Assembly (NCBI GenBank): GCA_029260855.1
Contig: JAJDCK010000001.1
Span: 1,705 to 65,704 of the forward strand
DNA from: Candidatus Saccharimonadota bacterium
GTDB taxonomy: Bacteria; Patescibacteriota; Saccharimonadia; Saccharimonadales; OFTM59
DNA length: 64,000 nucleotides
Reading direction: 5' to 3'
Position 1 is the first letter of the stretch. Every line of letters starts with the position of its first letter. A program made the position numbers and the translations under genes. The notes beneath the pieces are model-generated. The model saw nothing but the letters and a program-made list of their open reading frames with translations, did no database searches and was not told the origin of the DNA. Positions 45,655 through 54,656 of the stretch are shown here, piece by piece.

Positions 45655-46872
45655 TTAGAACAGGGATTGGAGCAAGCCAGCGCTTAGATTGTCAACACCG
45701 CCATCAGTAATCACTACGTCATCTTCTATTCTTACACCTATACCCTCTTCGGGTATATAAATCCCGGGTTCAACAGTTAGCACTGTGTTGACCTCAAGCG
45801 GATGTTCAACCTCACCAGCATCGTGTACATCAATGCCCAAGTAATGTGAGCTAGAGTGCGGATAGTATTTGCGTATGCTTTCGCGGTCAATGGTTTTGAT
45901 AAGACCCAGCCCTCTAAGCTTTTCACCCATAAATTTTTCTATCTGCTCTTCATACTCGCGCAATAAAACGCCAGGCTTCAGCAAACTAACGGCAAAATTC
46001 TGAACCTCCGACACGCTACTATGCACTGCTTGTAGTCTTGTGCTGGGTTGGCGAGCCCAAGTCCTAGTCAGGTCGGCCGCATAATTGCGGTATTCTGCCC
46101 CTACGTCTATAAGTAGTGCATCGTTGGCCCCAACCGGAGCTCTGTTGTTCACCGGGTGTATCTGGCATCCCCGGGCACCAGCCGCAATAATTGGGACAAA
46201 ACTGTGTCCTGAACCACCCCGCCCGACAAATTCCCTGCTAAGCTCTAGCTCAATCTCAAACTCACCTTCATAAAGATTTTTATTAAACTTGCTATGGACG
46301 ACCGTTAATGACTCGACTGTTATGTCCACCGCCTTAGCTATTGCCTCAAGTTCAGCCGGTTGCTTTATCATTCGCATACGCTGTAGATGCGCCCTCAGGT
46401 CCAACAACTTAATGTCTTGGTTAAAATATTCTATGTCTTTAACGAGCTTACGTCTTGCGGGGTTAGTATACATCCCTAGTGATTTGATAAATGCAGGCGA
46501 AGGAGATAGGGTGGCTACATTTTTGACTTTCTTAATGCGTGAACCCAGGCGCTTCCAGCCATCTTTTTCGGAGAATACTTGGCTAATGCCGCTCACCGTC
46601 TTTAGTGCTTCGATATCTATAGCGCCGTCAAACGCCTCACGCACAACTGAGAGTTCGGGAATTATCAAATACTCATTCCCTTTATCTATGACAAGTAGAA
46701 TATTGGGGACATCAATACCTGTTAAGTACCAGAAGCTGCCGTCTTGTTTAAACGGAAAGGTGCTATCCATGCTTCGCTGTAAAGCTCCGTTAGCAGTAAG
46801 CACAATGAGCGAGCTGTCATTAAAGAGGCTCAATAATTTAGAGCGGTTTCCTTTGAAAAAATCGGCGTCCAT
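45655..46872 (-). CDS. pepP: M24 family Xaa-Pro aminopeptidase
   Basis: Pita-bread metal ligands (DVGAEYRNYAADLTRT, HYLGIDVHD, EPGIY, RIEDDV). Confidence 0.85.
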   Translation of the reverse strand: MDADFFKGNRSKLLSLFNDSSLIVLTANGALQRSMDSTFPFKQDGSFWYLTGIDVPNILLVIDKGNEYLIIPELSVVREAFDGAIDIEALKTVSGISQVFSEKDGWKRLGSRIKKVKNVATLSPSPAFIKSLGMYTNPARRKLVKDIEYFNQDIKLLDLRAHLQRMRMIKQPAELEAIAKAVDITVESLTVVHSKFNKNLYEGEFEIELELSREFVGRGGSGHSFVPIIAAGARGCQIHPVNNRAPVGANDALLIDVGAEYRNYAADLTRTWARQPSTRLQAVHSSVSEVQNFAVSLLKPGVLLREYEEQIEKFMGEKLRGLGLIKTIDRESIRKYYPHSSSHYLGIDVHDAGEVEHPLEVNTVLTVEPGIYIPEEGIGVRIEDDVVITDGGVDNLSAGLLQSLF

Positions 46873-46881
46873 ATCGGCTGT

Positions 46882-47598
46882 CTAGTATACGCGCCTGCTC
46901 AGCTCGCTCCAAAAAGCCTTGTGCCAGTTGTGATGCCCCCGATTATTCGGATGAAAATAGTCAGCAGCATAAATAAATAAATTGTCGTTAGCTTTGGTTG
47001 TTTCGTGTAATCGCGCAGTGCTCAGTTTCTTTCGGTTGGTTAGTTCATGAATTATCTTGTTTGCACGGGGCACGTTCTCTTCAACCCCACGCTTAATCCC
47101 GCCGCCAAAATACGGTATTTCGGCAACGACAGTATTAGCAGGCAGACCGTCCACTAGCTTTTTCATGTCACTACGGAACACATCCTCATCCCAGCCCTGA
47201 GCCAGATCATTAGACCCAAGGCCTACTGTCACCACATCCGGTTGGTAGGCCTTAAGTGCTGGCAATTGTTTTTCAATGCCATCGTTAATTTTTGCGCCAG
47301 ACTTACTTAAGTTAACGACTCGAACGGGCTGGCCCGTTTTTTGTTCCAGTGACTCTGCTATAAGCCCTACATATCCTTTGTTAGGAGAACTGGCTCCGAT
47401 ACCCACACCAACAGAATCGCCTAACGCCACGTACAGTAGTTCGTCGGCCTGATAAGACACGCTAGCACGTGCTTTCCAATATTTTCCGTAGCGGCTGCCT
47501 TGGTGCGCAAGAATGACTAAAAAAATAATTTCTATTAATACCGCCAGGAGGAGTAGGGTTCCGACTATAATCACTATGAGTTTATTATACTTCTTCAT
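46882..47598 (-). CDS. SGNH/GDSL hydrolase, membrane-anchored
   Basis: N-terminal TM helix, GDS block (VALGDSVGVG), GLGSNDL and a C-terminal DxxH-like block (DYFHPN). Confidence 0.8.
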   Translation of the reverse strand: MKKYNKLIVIIVGTLLLLAVLIEIIFLVILAHQGSRYGKYWKARASVSYQADELLYVALGDSVGVGIGASSPNKGYVGLIAESLEQKTGQPVRVVNLSKSGAKINDGIEKQLPALKAYQPDVVTVGLGSNDLAQGWDEDVFRSDMKKLVDGLPANTVVAEIPYFGGGIKRGVEENVPRANKIIHELTNRKKLSTARLHETTKANDNLFIYAADYFHPNNRGHHNWHKAFWSELSRRVY

Positions 47599-49117
47599 TA
47601 AACTTCGCTGGACTGGCTTTATGTTCGGAGCTCAAATATTGGCGCAGTATGGTTGTTTTTTTTACGCCCAGTATCTTTTCTAGTTCTATCTGCCGAGCCT
47701 GCATGATGCCCTTCATGGAACCAAACGTCTTCAGTAGCTTCCTGCGCGTAGCTGGCCCGATTGTTGGTATGTCGTCAAGTAAGCTCGTGGTCTGGCGTTT
47801 TGATTTCAGTGTTGTGTGGTAGCTGACCGCAAAGCGGTGCGATTCGTCACGGATTCTTTGCAAAAGTTTTATGACATTTGTGTTTTTGGGCAAGTTCACT
47901 AGCGTGTAGTCGTCGGTCTCTGCTATGAAGCCACCAAGCTTATACACAAACTCGGTATTCAAATCAACTGACGATTTATGCTTATTAACTACAATCTGTT
48001 CTTCGCGCTTGGCCAGTCCGATAAAAGGCAATCGCACCAATCCGTGCTCGTCGCGGGCACGAATAGCTGCATCTAGCTGCCCTTTGCCACCGTCAACAAG
48101 CACCAGACTCGGCAAGCCCCATTGCTTTGTGTTGCGCGCACTAAGACGCCGCGCAATCGTTTCGTGCATATTATAGAAGTCGTCGTTATGATTAAACTGA
48201 GTTTTGAATTTGCGATACTCGCTTTTATTGCTTGCGCCATTTGTAAAAACAACCATGCTTGCGACAACGTCAGTGCCTTGCTGATGGCTGATATCGTAAC
48301 CTTCAATCCGCTTAGGAAACGCTTCCAGCCGAAGCAGATCAACCAGCTCGCCCAGAGCGTGATCCTTGCTTATATCTAAAAACTCCTTGTCACTAAAAAT
48401 TACCTGTCGCGATAAACGCTGCAACGCGAACAACTGGTTTCTGCTTTTCACCGCTTTTTCAAACTCAGCTTTCTTGGCGTATGTTTTCATTTCTTTTTCC
48501 AACTCATGCTCAATACTTTTACGCTTACCTTCAATAACCATCATAAGTTTGCGTAAATTTGCACGGTATTCTTCAAGCTTAGTTTTGCCTTCTTCTAGCC
48601 CCGGGTCCAACCCCAAATGATAGTGCAAATTTGCACGTTTTTGTCCTGGTATTCGTTTAGTCGCAAAAGGGAACACTTTTCTAAGGAGTTTTAGTGCCTG
48701 GCTAACGCTCCCTGCGCTCAGGTACGGGCCATAGTACCGCGCCCCATCATCTAGGGGGCGACGCGTCGTACCAACAGTAGGAAAATCACTATTGTAGTCA
48801 ATCCTTATGTAAACCATCGATTTATCATCGCGTAGCAAAATGTTATAACGCGGCATGTAGCGTCGCACCATTTCGGCTTCAAGAAACAACGCCTCAAGCT
48901 CACTGTCCACGCACATCCAGTCAACATCTACAATTTCCGCCACAAGCGCTTCTGTCTTGGCGTCACGCGCACGACTCTTTTGAAAATACTGGCGTACGCG
49001 GTTACGCAGACTGGCCGCCTTACCCACATACACAATCTCCCCTGATTGATTTTTATGAAAATACACGCCCGGCTCTTTGGGCAACTCCTTGAGTTTTTTT
49101 TCTAATTTCTCGGTCAT
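47585..49117 (-). CDS. uvrC: excinuclease ABC subunit C
   Basis: GIY-YIG N-terminus (GVYFHKN...YVGKA), UVR domain, endonuclease domain and C-terminal HhH. Confidence 0.9.
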   Translation of the reverse strand: MTEKLEKKLKELPKEPGVYFHKNQSGEIVYVGKAASLRNRVRQYFQKSRARDAKTEALVAEIVDVDWMCVDSELEALFLEAEMVRRYMPRYNILLRDDKSMVYIRIDYNSDFPTVGTTRRPLDDGARYYGPYLSAGSVSQALKLLRKVFPFATKRIPGQKRANLHYHLGLDPGLEEGKTKLEEYRANLRKLMMVIEGKRKSIEHELEKEMKTYAKKAEFEKAVKSRNQLFALQRLSRQVIFSDKEFLDISKDHALGELVDLLRLEAFPKRIEGYDISHQQGTDVVASMVVFTNGASNKSEYRKFKTQFNHNDDFYNMHETIARRLSARNTKQWGLPSLVLVDGGKGQLDAAIRARDEHGLVRLPFIGLAKREEQIVVNKHKSSVDLNTEFVYKLGGFIAETDDYTLVNLPKNTNVIKLLQRIRDESHRFAVSYHTTLKSKRQTTSLLDDIPTIGPATRRKLLKTFGSMKGIMQARQIELEKILGVKKTTILRQYLSSEHKASPAKFNEEV

Positions 49118-49668
49118 GGCTTCAGTTTCTTGATATTCTCAACTGGCCGATAAGCGCTCATTAGTTTTCGTTCAACTTGGCGAGTTCTGAAGATACGATC
49201 CAGCGGGTTGTCGTTACCTAGACCCCCAACCCAGATAGTAGTCATACCCGCACGTTTGGCGCCCCACATATCAGCTATAAGCTTATCTCCAATCATGGCA
49301 GTCTCGGCTGGCTTAGAGTTGAGCTCTTTATAAACGCGCTCAAAGAAACGCTTGCTTGGTTTACGGGTAAACAGTGTGGCGCGCACGACTTTTGCTTCTA
49401 TACTGTTAGCCAGGGGTTGTAGATCATTAGTTATGCGATTACTTGCAATGCACCATTTTTTAAAAAGATGGCGCTTGCTGCGCAGAAACTGCTTGGTCAC
49501 GCGCATCATGGTCTTGCCGCGAAAGTTCACCAGCGTACTGTCGGCATCAAAGGCAACATAATGGATGCCGTGTTTTTTCAGCAGAGCAAAATCAATGTCA
49601 TCCAGCGACGATGCCATATAGTCCGGCACAAATCGGGGCGTTCGCGCACCCCTTTTTAACGCTATCAT
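49114..49668 (-). CDS. HAD-IIIA phosphatase, YqeG-like
   Basis: Start taken at MIALKRG. FDADSTLV motif I and a C-terminal GDKLIADMWGA. Confidence 0.7.
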   Translation of the reverse strand: MIALKRGARTPRFVPDYMASSLDDIDFALLKKHGIHYVAFDADSTLVNFRGKTMMRVTKQFLRSKRHLFKKWCIASNRITNDLQPLANSIEAKVVRATLFTRKPSKRFFERVYKELNSKPAETAMIGDKLIADMWGAKRAGMTTIWVGGLGNDNPLDRIFRTRQVERKLMSAYRPVENIKKLKP

Positions 49669-49675
49669 GTAGCTA

Positions 49676-50539
49676 TTATAAGGCAGAACTCGCCTGGACC
49701 ACCACACACTGCTCGCAATATTCGGTAGATACACAAGATGGACAAACCAACACCAGACGATTGCAGGCTACGTTGCTACAGTTGGTGTGGTTGCTTGTGT
49801 CACCCTGGCAGTGTACGCATTTTCCAATATCTTTACTATTTTCTGAAAAACCTACGTTCAAGCGCTTGTCGAATACATAACATTTCCCCTCCCACAAACC
49901 CTCATCTTTGAACTCTTGACCGTATTTTACGATACCGCCGTCTAGGTGATAGACCTCACCAAAACCTTTGTGCCGCATATAGGCACTTAAGTATTCACAC
50001 CGCACGTCACCGGTACAATACGTTAATATTGGCTGGTCTTTGGGCAGTTTTTCAAGCTCATGCTTTATGTCGCGAAAGTTTTTAATTTTTGGCTTAATGA
50101 CATTCCTGCCCTTAAATGCGCCGATCTCGCTTTCATAATCATTGCGCGCATCTAGCACTATGGCATCAGGGTTCTTTTCAAGGTAGCTGTGCCAAGCTTT
50201 CGGCTTAAGGCCTTTAGTGCTGTTAAATACATCGAAATTCTCCTCGGGCGCTAATGCTACAAGCTCCGGCCGGACTTTTATAGAGAGGCGCGGGAAATCA
50301 TCACGCTCACCATCACTCCATTTGTATTGGGCTTTTTTAAACAGCGGGTGCCTGTTCATATCCCGAATGTACATTTTCACGTTTTCCATTTCGCCACCGA
50401 CCGTACCATTGATTCCTTGTTTAGCAATAATGATACGCCCTTTAAGATTAAGCCGCTCACATAAATTTCTTTGCCAAAACATGACGGTCTCCGGGTCAGG
50501 TACAGGAACAAATTTATAGTACAAAATAATCTTTTGCAT
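49676..50539 (-). CDS. trhO: rhodanese-domain protein TrhO/YceA (UPF0176)
   Basis: N-terminal YYKF...LKGRIIIAKQGINGT, rhodanese active-site CTGDVRCE, and a C-terminal Cys cluster. Confidence 0.85.
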   Translation of the reverse strand: MQKIILYYKFVPVPDPETVMFWQRNLCERLNLKGRIIIAKQGINGTVGGEMENVKMYIRDMNRHPLFKKAQYKWSDGERDDFPRLSIKVRPELVALAPEENFDVFNSTKGLKPKAWHSYLEKNPDAIVLDARNDYESEIGAFKGRNVIKPKIKNFRDIKHELEKLPKDQPILTYCTGDVRCEYLSAYMRHKGFGEVYHLDGGIVKYGQEFKDEGLWEGKCYVFDKRLNVGFSENSKDIGKCVHCQGDTSNHTNCSNVACNRLVLVCPSCVSTEYCEQCVVVQASSAL

Positions 50540-50608
50540 AGTCCTTTATTATACCAAACTAATCTATACCGTATTCATAATTACGACGGCCGTACTATAA
50601 TTGAATAC

Positions 50609-51091
50609 ATGGCTCAATTAAGCCCGTCTGCAAGGTATGTACTTGAAGCACTTATTCCCTACAGTGAGGCTAACTTGCGGTTAGCGTTTAAGCCCGCGTC
50701 CTTCTTCCAGATTTTAGAGAAAAAAAGCAAAACCAAGCAACGCACACTAAGAAGCGCCTATTATCGAGCTGTGCAAAAAGGATTGTTGACGATTGACGAT
50801 ACAGGAATTCCACGCCTAACAGCAAAGGGCCGACACAAGATTAAGCCCTATAACCCTGTAAGCCTCGCAAGAAACTCTTGCCTGCTAGTAGTCTTTGACA
50901 TTTTAGAAACCGAGCGCGCCAAACGTAATCATTTGCGGGCATTGTTACGTGAACTTTCCTTTAAAAAGGTCCAGCAAAGCGTATGGGTGTCACAGTATGA
51001 TCACCGTGAATATTTGGCGATGGAGCTTAAAGAATATGATCTACTAGCCAGCGTGCTGGTATATGAAGCACTAAAACTCCCTCTTAAGTAA
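50609..51091 (+). CDS. PaaX-like / Cas2-fold domain regulator-like protein
   Basis: Start taken at MAQLSPSARY. The C-terminal LLVVFDILETERAKRNHLRALLRELSFKKVQQSVWVS resembles the PaaX C-terminal/Cas2-like fold. Confidence 0.5.
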   Translation: MAQLSPSARYVLEALIPYSEANLRLAFKPASFFQILEKKSKTKQRTLRSAYYRAVQKGLLTIDDTGIPRLTAKGRHKIKPYNPVSLARNSCLLVVFDILETERAKRNHLRALLRELSFKKVQQSVWVSQYDHREYLAMELKEYDLLASVLVYEALKLPLK

Positions 51092-51430
51092 GTTTCATTT
51101 TTGCGACGGCCGTCAGTGTTTTGAATATGGTGGTGTGTATTTTTTATCTTTCGTTCGGCAATCTTTAGGGCTAGCGCTTTATAAGAACTGGGTGGGAAGG
51201 TTTGGAAAAATTTTGGAAAATCCTTTATAACAGTGGTATAATTGTTGACATTATTACAAATTTAAGGAAAGGGCTGTACCAATAGTGTTCTGTAATTCTG
51301 TCAATGACTTTATCTGTGCTAACTTAGCCGCCCTGACCACTTCATAGCCATCCAGCAAAATTCTGAAATAAAAAGATAGTTTTTAAATCGTGTTTCATTA
51401 ATAAATGTGGGGGAAGGAGACTCCCGTATA

Positions 51431-53212
51431 ATGCCAAAAAGCCTTAACGAACAAGCGATCAGACTTGTGCTCTCACATTACTGGCAGCAACTGAAGCTAG
51501 ACAAGCGCTACGCTTTGCCTGGTTTGTTGTTGCCAGGTATCTGCAGTATTTTGGTGTTTTACGTGCCACCTATAATTATCGCTAAGATTCTAAACTTTTT
51601 AGGCGCAAACCCAGACTTCAATATTGTTCAGCTGATGCCTTACGTTGCTGCCTTTGCAGGATCATGGCTACTTGGTGAAATTTGTTGGCGTATCGGCGAA
51701 CATTATGTTATACGGGCTGAGACGCAAGGTAATCAGCGGTTATCTGTTAATGCGATGGATTATCTTTTCGAAAAAGACCTGGGTTTTTATAACGATAATT
51801 TTGCTGGATCACTTACAAAAAAAGTTATGGGCTATACGGGCAGCTATATTCGACTGTTTGATACATTATTGTTCAATATTAGCCCCCGGCTCATACCACT
51901 GATATTTGTCATCTTTGTGCTGGCTAGCTTCTCGCCATGGTTGATCGTGACCTTACTGGGTATGACCACCCTCACCTTGTTGATTGTTTTGCCTAGAATA
52001 AAACACCGTCAAAAACTTGTCGTTGCCCGTGAGCGGGCCGCGAACGTATTGTCTGGTAACATCTCTGACACTATTGCTAATATGGCCGCAGTGAAGGGAT
52101 TTGCGAAAGAACTCTACGAAAAGTCTCGGCACACTTCATACAGCCAAGACCACAGCGACAAAATCAAGCAATCATGGGATTATCAGAACTTACATATAAA
52201 TACGATAATCTCCCCGCTTTACGTATTAACAAACGCACTAGGGCTTGTGCTGGCTTTGACCGTAAGCCGCGGCAACGCTTCGGCAGTTGAAGTTGTTGTT
52301 GTTACCTTCAGCTACTTCACATTAGTGACTCGGGTCATGTGGGAGTTCAACATGGTTTACCGTGTTATTGAAACTAATCTGACTGAGGCTGCTCAATTTA
52401 CAGAGTTGCTGCTCAGCAGACCGACGATTTCGGATGCAAAAAATTCTGAGCCTCTTAATGTCAAGCAAGGAGTTATAAGGTTTCATGATGTTGTTTTTCG
52501 TTATCATGATAATCGTGGTGACCATCTCTTCAGTGATTTTAATCTTGATATAAAGGATGGGGAGAAAATCGGTCTGGTTGGACGTTCTGGCGGAGGAAAA
52601 ACCACTCTGACCAAACTTCTTCTGCGGTTTATGGATATTGATTCAGGGAGTATTTCCATCGACGGACAAGACATTACTAAGCTTAAACAGCATGATCTCA
52701 GAAGCGCTATTACCTATGTACCCCAGGAACCATTATTATTCCACCGTAGTCTTAGAGAAAATATACGATACGGTGATACCGATGCGGTTGACGCAGAAAT
52801 TGAAAAAGCGGCTAGGTTAGCCCACGCACATGAGTTTATAGAAAAACTACCTGACGGGTACAGGACGCTGGTGGGCGAACGTGGAGTCAAACTGTCGGGC
52901 GGACAACGACAACGTATAGCAATCGCTAGGGCCATGCTTAAAAATGCGCCGATACTTTTATTGGACGAGGCAACTAGCGCTCTAGACTCAGAGAGCGAGG
53001 TATTAATTCAAGACGCCTTGTGGAAATTAATGAAAAACAAAACAGCAATAGTTATTGCCCATCGTTTAAGCACCATTCAGCGCATGGATCGTATTATCGT
53101 GCTGGATGAGGGTAAAATCGTTGAAGAAGGCAGTCACAGAGAATTGCTAGCTAAAAGCGGAACGTATGCTCGTCTGTGGGCCCATCAATCGGGTGGATTT
53201 TTAGAAGATTAA
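51431..53212 (+). CDS. ABC exporter, fused permease-ATPase (MsbA/MdlB-like)
   Basis: AGGAGA RBS 9 nt before the ATG. Six TM helices followed by an NBD (GRSGGGKTT, LSGGQRQR, LLLDEATSALD). Confidence 0.9.
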   Translation: MPKSLNEQAIRLVLSHYWQQLKLDKRYALPGLLLPGICSILVFYVPPIIIAKILNFLGANPDFNIVQLMPYVAAFAGSWLLGEICWRIGEHYVIRAETQGNQRLSVNAMDYLFEKDLGFYNDNFAGSLTKKVMGYTGSYIRLFDTLLFNISPRLIPLIFVIFVLASFSPWLIVTLLGMTTLTLLIVLPRIKHRQKLVVARERAANVLSGNISDTIANMAAVKGFAKELYEKSRHTSYSQDHSDKIKQSWDYQNLHINTIISPLYVLTNALGLVLALTVSRGNASAVEVVVVTFSYFTLVTRVMWEFNMVYRVIETNLTEAAQFTELLLSRPTISDAKNSEPLNVKQGVIRFHDVVFRYHDNRGDHLFSDFNLDIKDGEKIGLVGRSGGGKTTLTKLLLRFMDIDSGSISIDGQDITKLKQHDLRSAITYVPQEPLLFHRSLRENIRYGDTDAVDAEIEKAARLAHAHEFIEKLPDGYRTLVGERGVKLSGGQRQRIAIARAMLKNAPILLLDEATSALDSESEVLIQDALWKLMKNKTAIVIAHRLSTIQRMDRIIVLDEGKIVEEGSHRELLAKSGTYARLWAHQSGGFLED

Positions 53213-53955
53213 GACTGGTTGTCGTTGGGTTTAGGTTCTTTTTGTTGTTTAGTGCCTGGCTGGTCCTCTGCGGACTGCGGCTCTTGGTCAGCGCCAGCTC
53301 CATGTTCGGACTCAACATCCTCGGCTTCTCCAGCCGTTTGCTCTGCATGTTCAGCAGCTGCGGCATTGGCTTCTGCTTCTTGGTCTTTTGGCATTTCCAC
53401 GACCGCTAACTGTGTTTCGGGAGGAGTTAAGACCGTTACACCAGCGGGAACCTTTAGATCTGCGACCGTAAGGTGGTCACCAACTTCAGCCAAGGTAGAT
53501 GGATCAATAAGCAGCTGGTCGGGCAGGTCTTTTGGCAGTGCCTTTACCTCAACATGGTCAAGCTGCTGTAAGATCATAAGGCTAAGCTTCTCTGCCGGAA
53601 TGTCTACGTCCATAAACTCAACTGGAATTTCAGCTTCTACGGCTTCGTTTTGTCTTATGGCCTGAAAAACTACGTGGCGCATGCGCCGTTTGGCCGGCTC
53701 ATAATCCACATCTTTTATAAGTGCCAAATGGTTTTTAGCACCGACTTTTAATTCTACAGGGTGGTGCTTTCCCGCCGCCGCATACGCCTTGCTTAAGGCT
53801 ACATAATCGCCCGACACATGGATAGACGGCTTGCCGTGATCATGAATAACCGCAGGGACTAGACTCTTTGCGCGCAAACCCTGCAAACCCTTGCCTATAA
53901 TTGTGCGTTCTACTAACTCAATACCGATACTGTCGCTGGACATTTGTTCCTCCAA
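53209..53955 (-). CDS. rplY: 50S ribosomal protein L25/Ctc form with an acidic C-terminal tail
   Basis: L25 N-domain (GKGLQGLRAKSLVPAVIH) plus a Ctc-type C-domain. Confidence 0.85.
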   Translation of the reverse strand: MEEQMSSDSIGIELVERTIIGKGLQGLRAKSLVPAVIHDHGKPSIHVSGDYVALSKAYAAAGKHHPVELKVGAKNHLALIKDVDYEPAKRRMRHVVFQAIRQNEAVEAEIPVEFMDVDIPAEKLSLMILQQLDHVEVKALPKDLPDQLLIDPSTLAEVGDHLTVADLKVPAGVTVLTPPETQLAVVEMPKDQEAEANAAAAEHAEQTAGEAEDVESEHGAGADQEPQSAEDQPGTKQQKEPKPNDNQS

Positions 53956-53999
53956 ATTTTCTGTTTCCTTATTATAGCAAACAAGTTAACCTTATAGGT

Positions 54000-54653
54000 A
54001 TGTTTGATGTTGCACAGCTCATACAAGCAGGCGGCATTTTACTAATTGCAGCAATCGTGTTTGCTGAGTCCGGCTTGTTGGTCGGCTTCTTTCTCCCTGG
54101 CGACTCACTTTTGTTCGGGGCTGGTCTGGCGGCCTCTCAGGGGCGATTTTCACTTTTAGCTTTGATCTTGGCCGTGATAGCCGCAGCGATAATTGGTGAT
54201 AACGTCGGCTACAGTATCGGTAGACGTGCAGGACCTCGTCTTTTTCGTCGCAAGGACAGTTTATTTTTTAGGCAAGAATATCTGGAACAGGCCGAAAAGT
54301 TTTATAAACGTCATGGCGGAAAAACCATAATACTAGCGCGCTTTACGCCAATTGTAAGAACATTCGCTCCCGTCGTCGCAGGTGCTAGCAAGATGTCTCG
54401 CGAACGTTTTCTGCTTTTTAACGTTGTTGGCGGGGTAATATGGGGCGCCGGGCTACCTCTATTGGGCTACTGGATAGGTGGGAGAATCCCGCACCTTGAT
54501 AGACACATCGAAACTGTCATGATTGGTGTTGTTGTCGCCAGCTTGGGGCTAGCCTTATTTCACTTACTGAAAGACCAGGAGACACGCAAACTCCTAGCCG
54601 ATAAGGCTCGTGTCGTGCTTCGTAATATCCTTCTGAACAAAAAAATAGACTAG
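54000..54653 (+). CDS. DedA/VTT-domain membrane protein
   Basis: Start taken at MFDVAQLIQ. FAESGLLVGFFLPGDSLLF and ARFTPIVRTFAP motifs. Confidence 0.85.
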   Translation: MFDVAQLIQAGGILLIAAIVFAESGLLVGFFLPGDSLLFGAGLAASQGRFSLLALILAVIAAAIIGDNVGYSIGRRAGPRLFRRKDSLFFRQEYLEQAEKFYKRHGGKTIILARFTPIVRTFAPVVAGASKMSRERFLLFNVVGGVIWGAGLPLLGYWIGGRIPHLDRHIETVMIGVVVASLGLALFHLLKDQETRKLLADKARVVLRNILLNKKID

Positions 54654-54656
54654 ATT

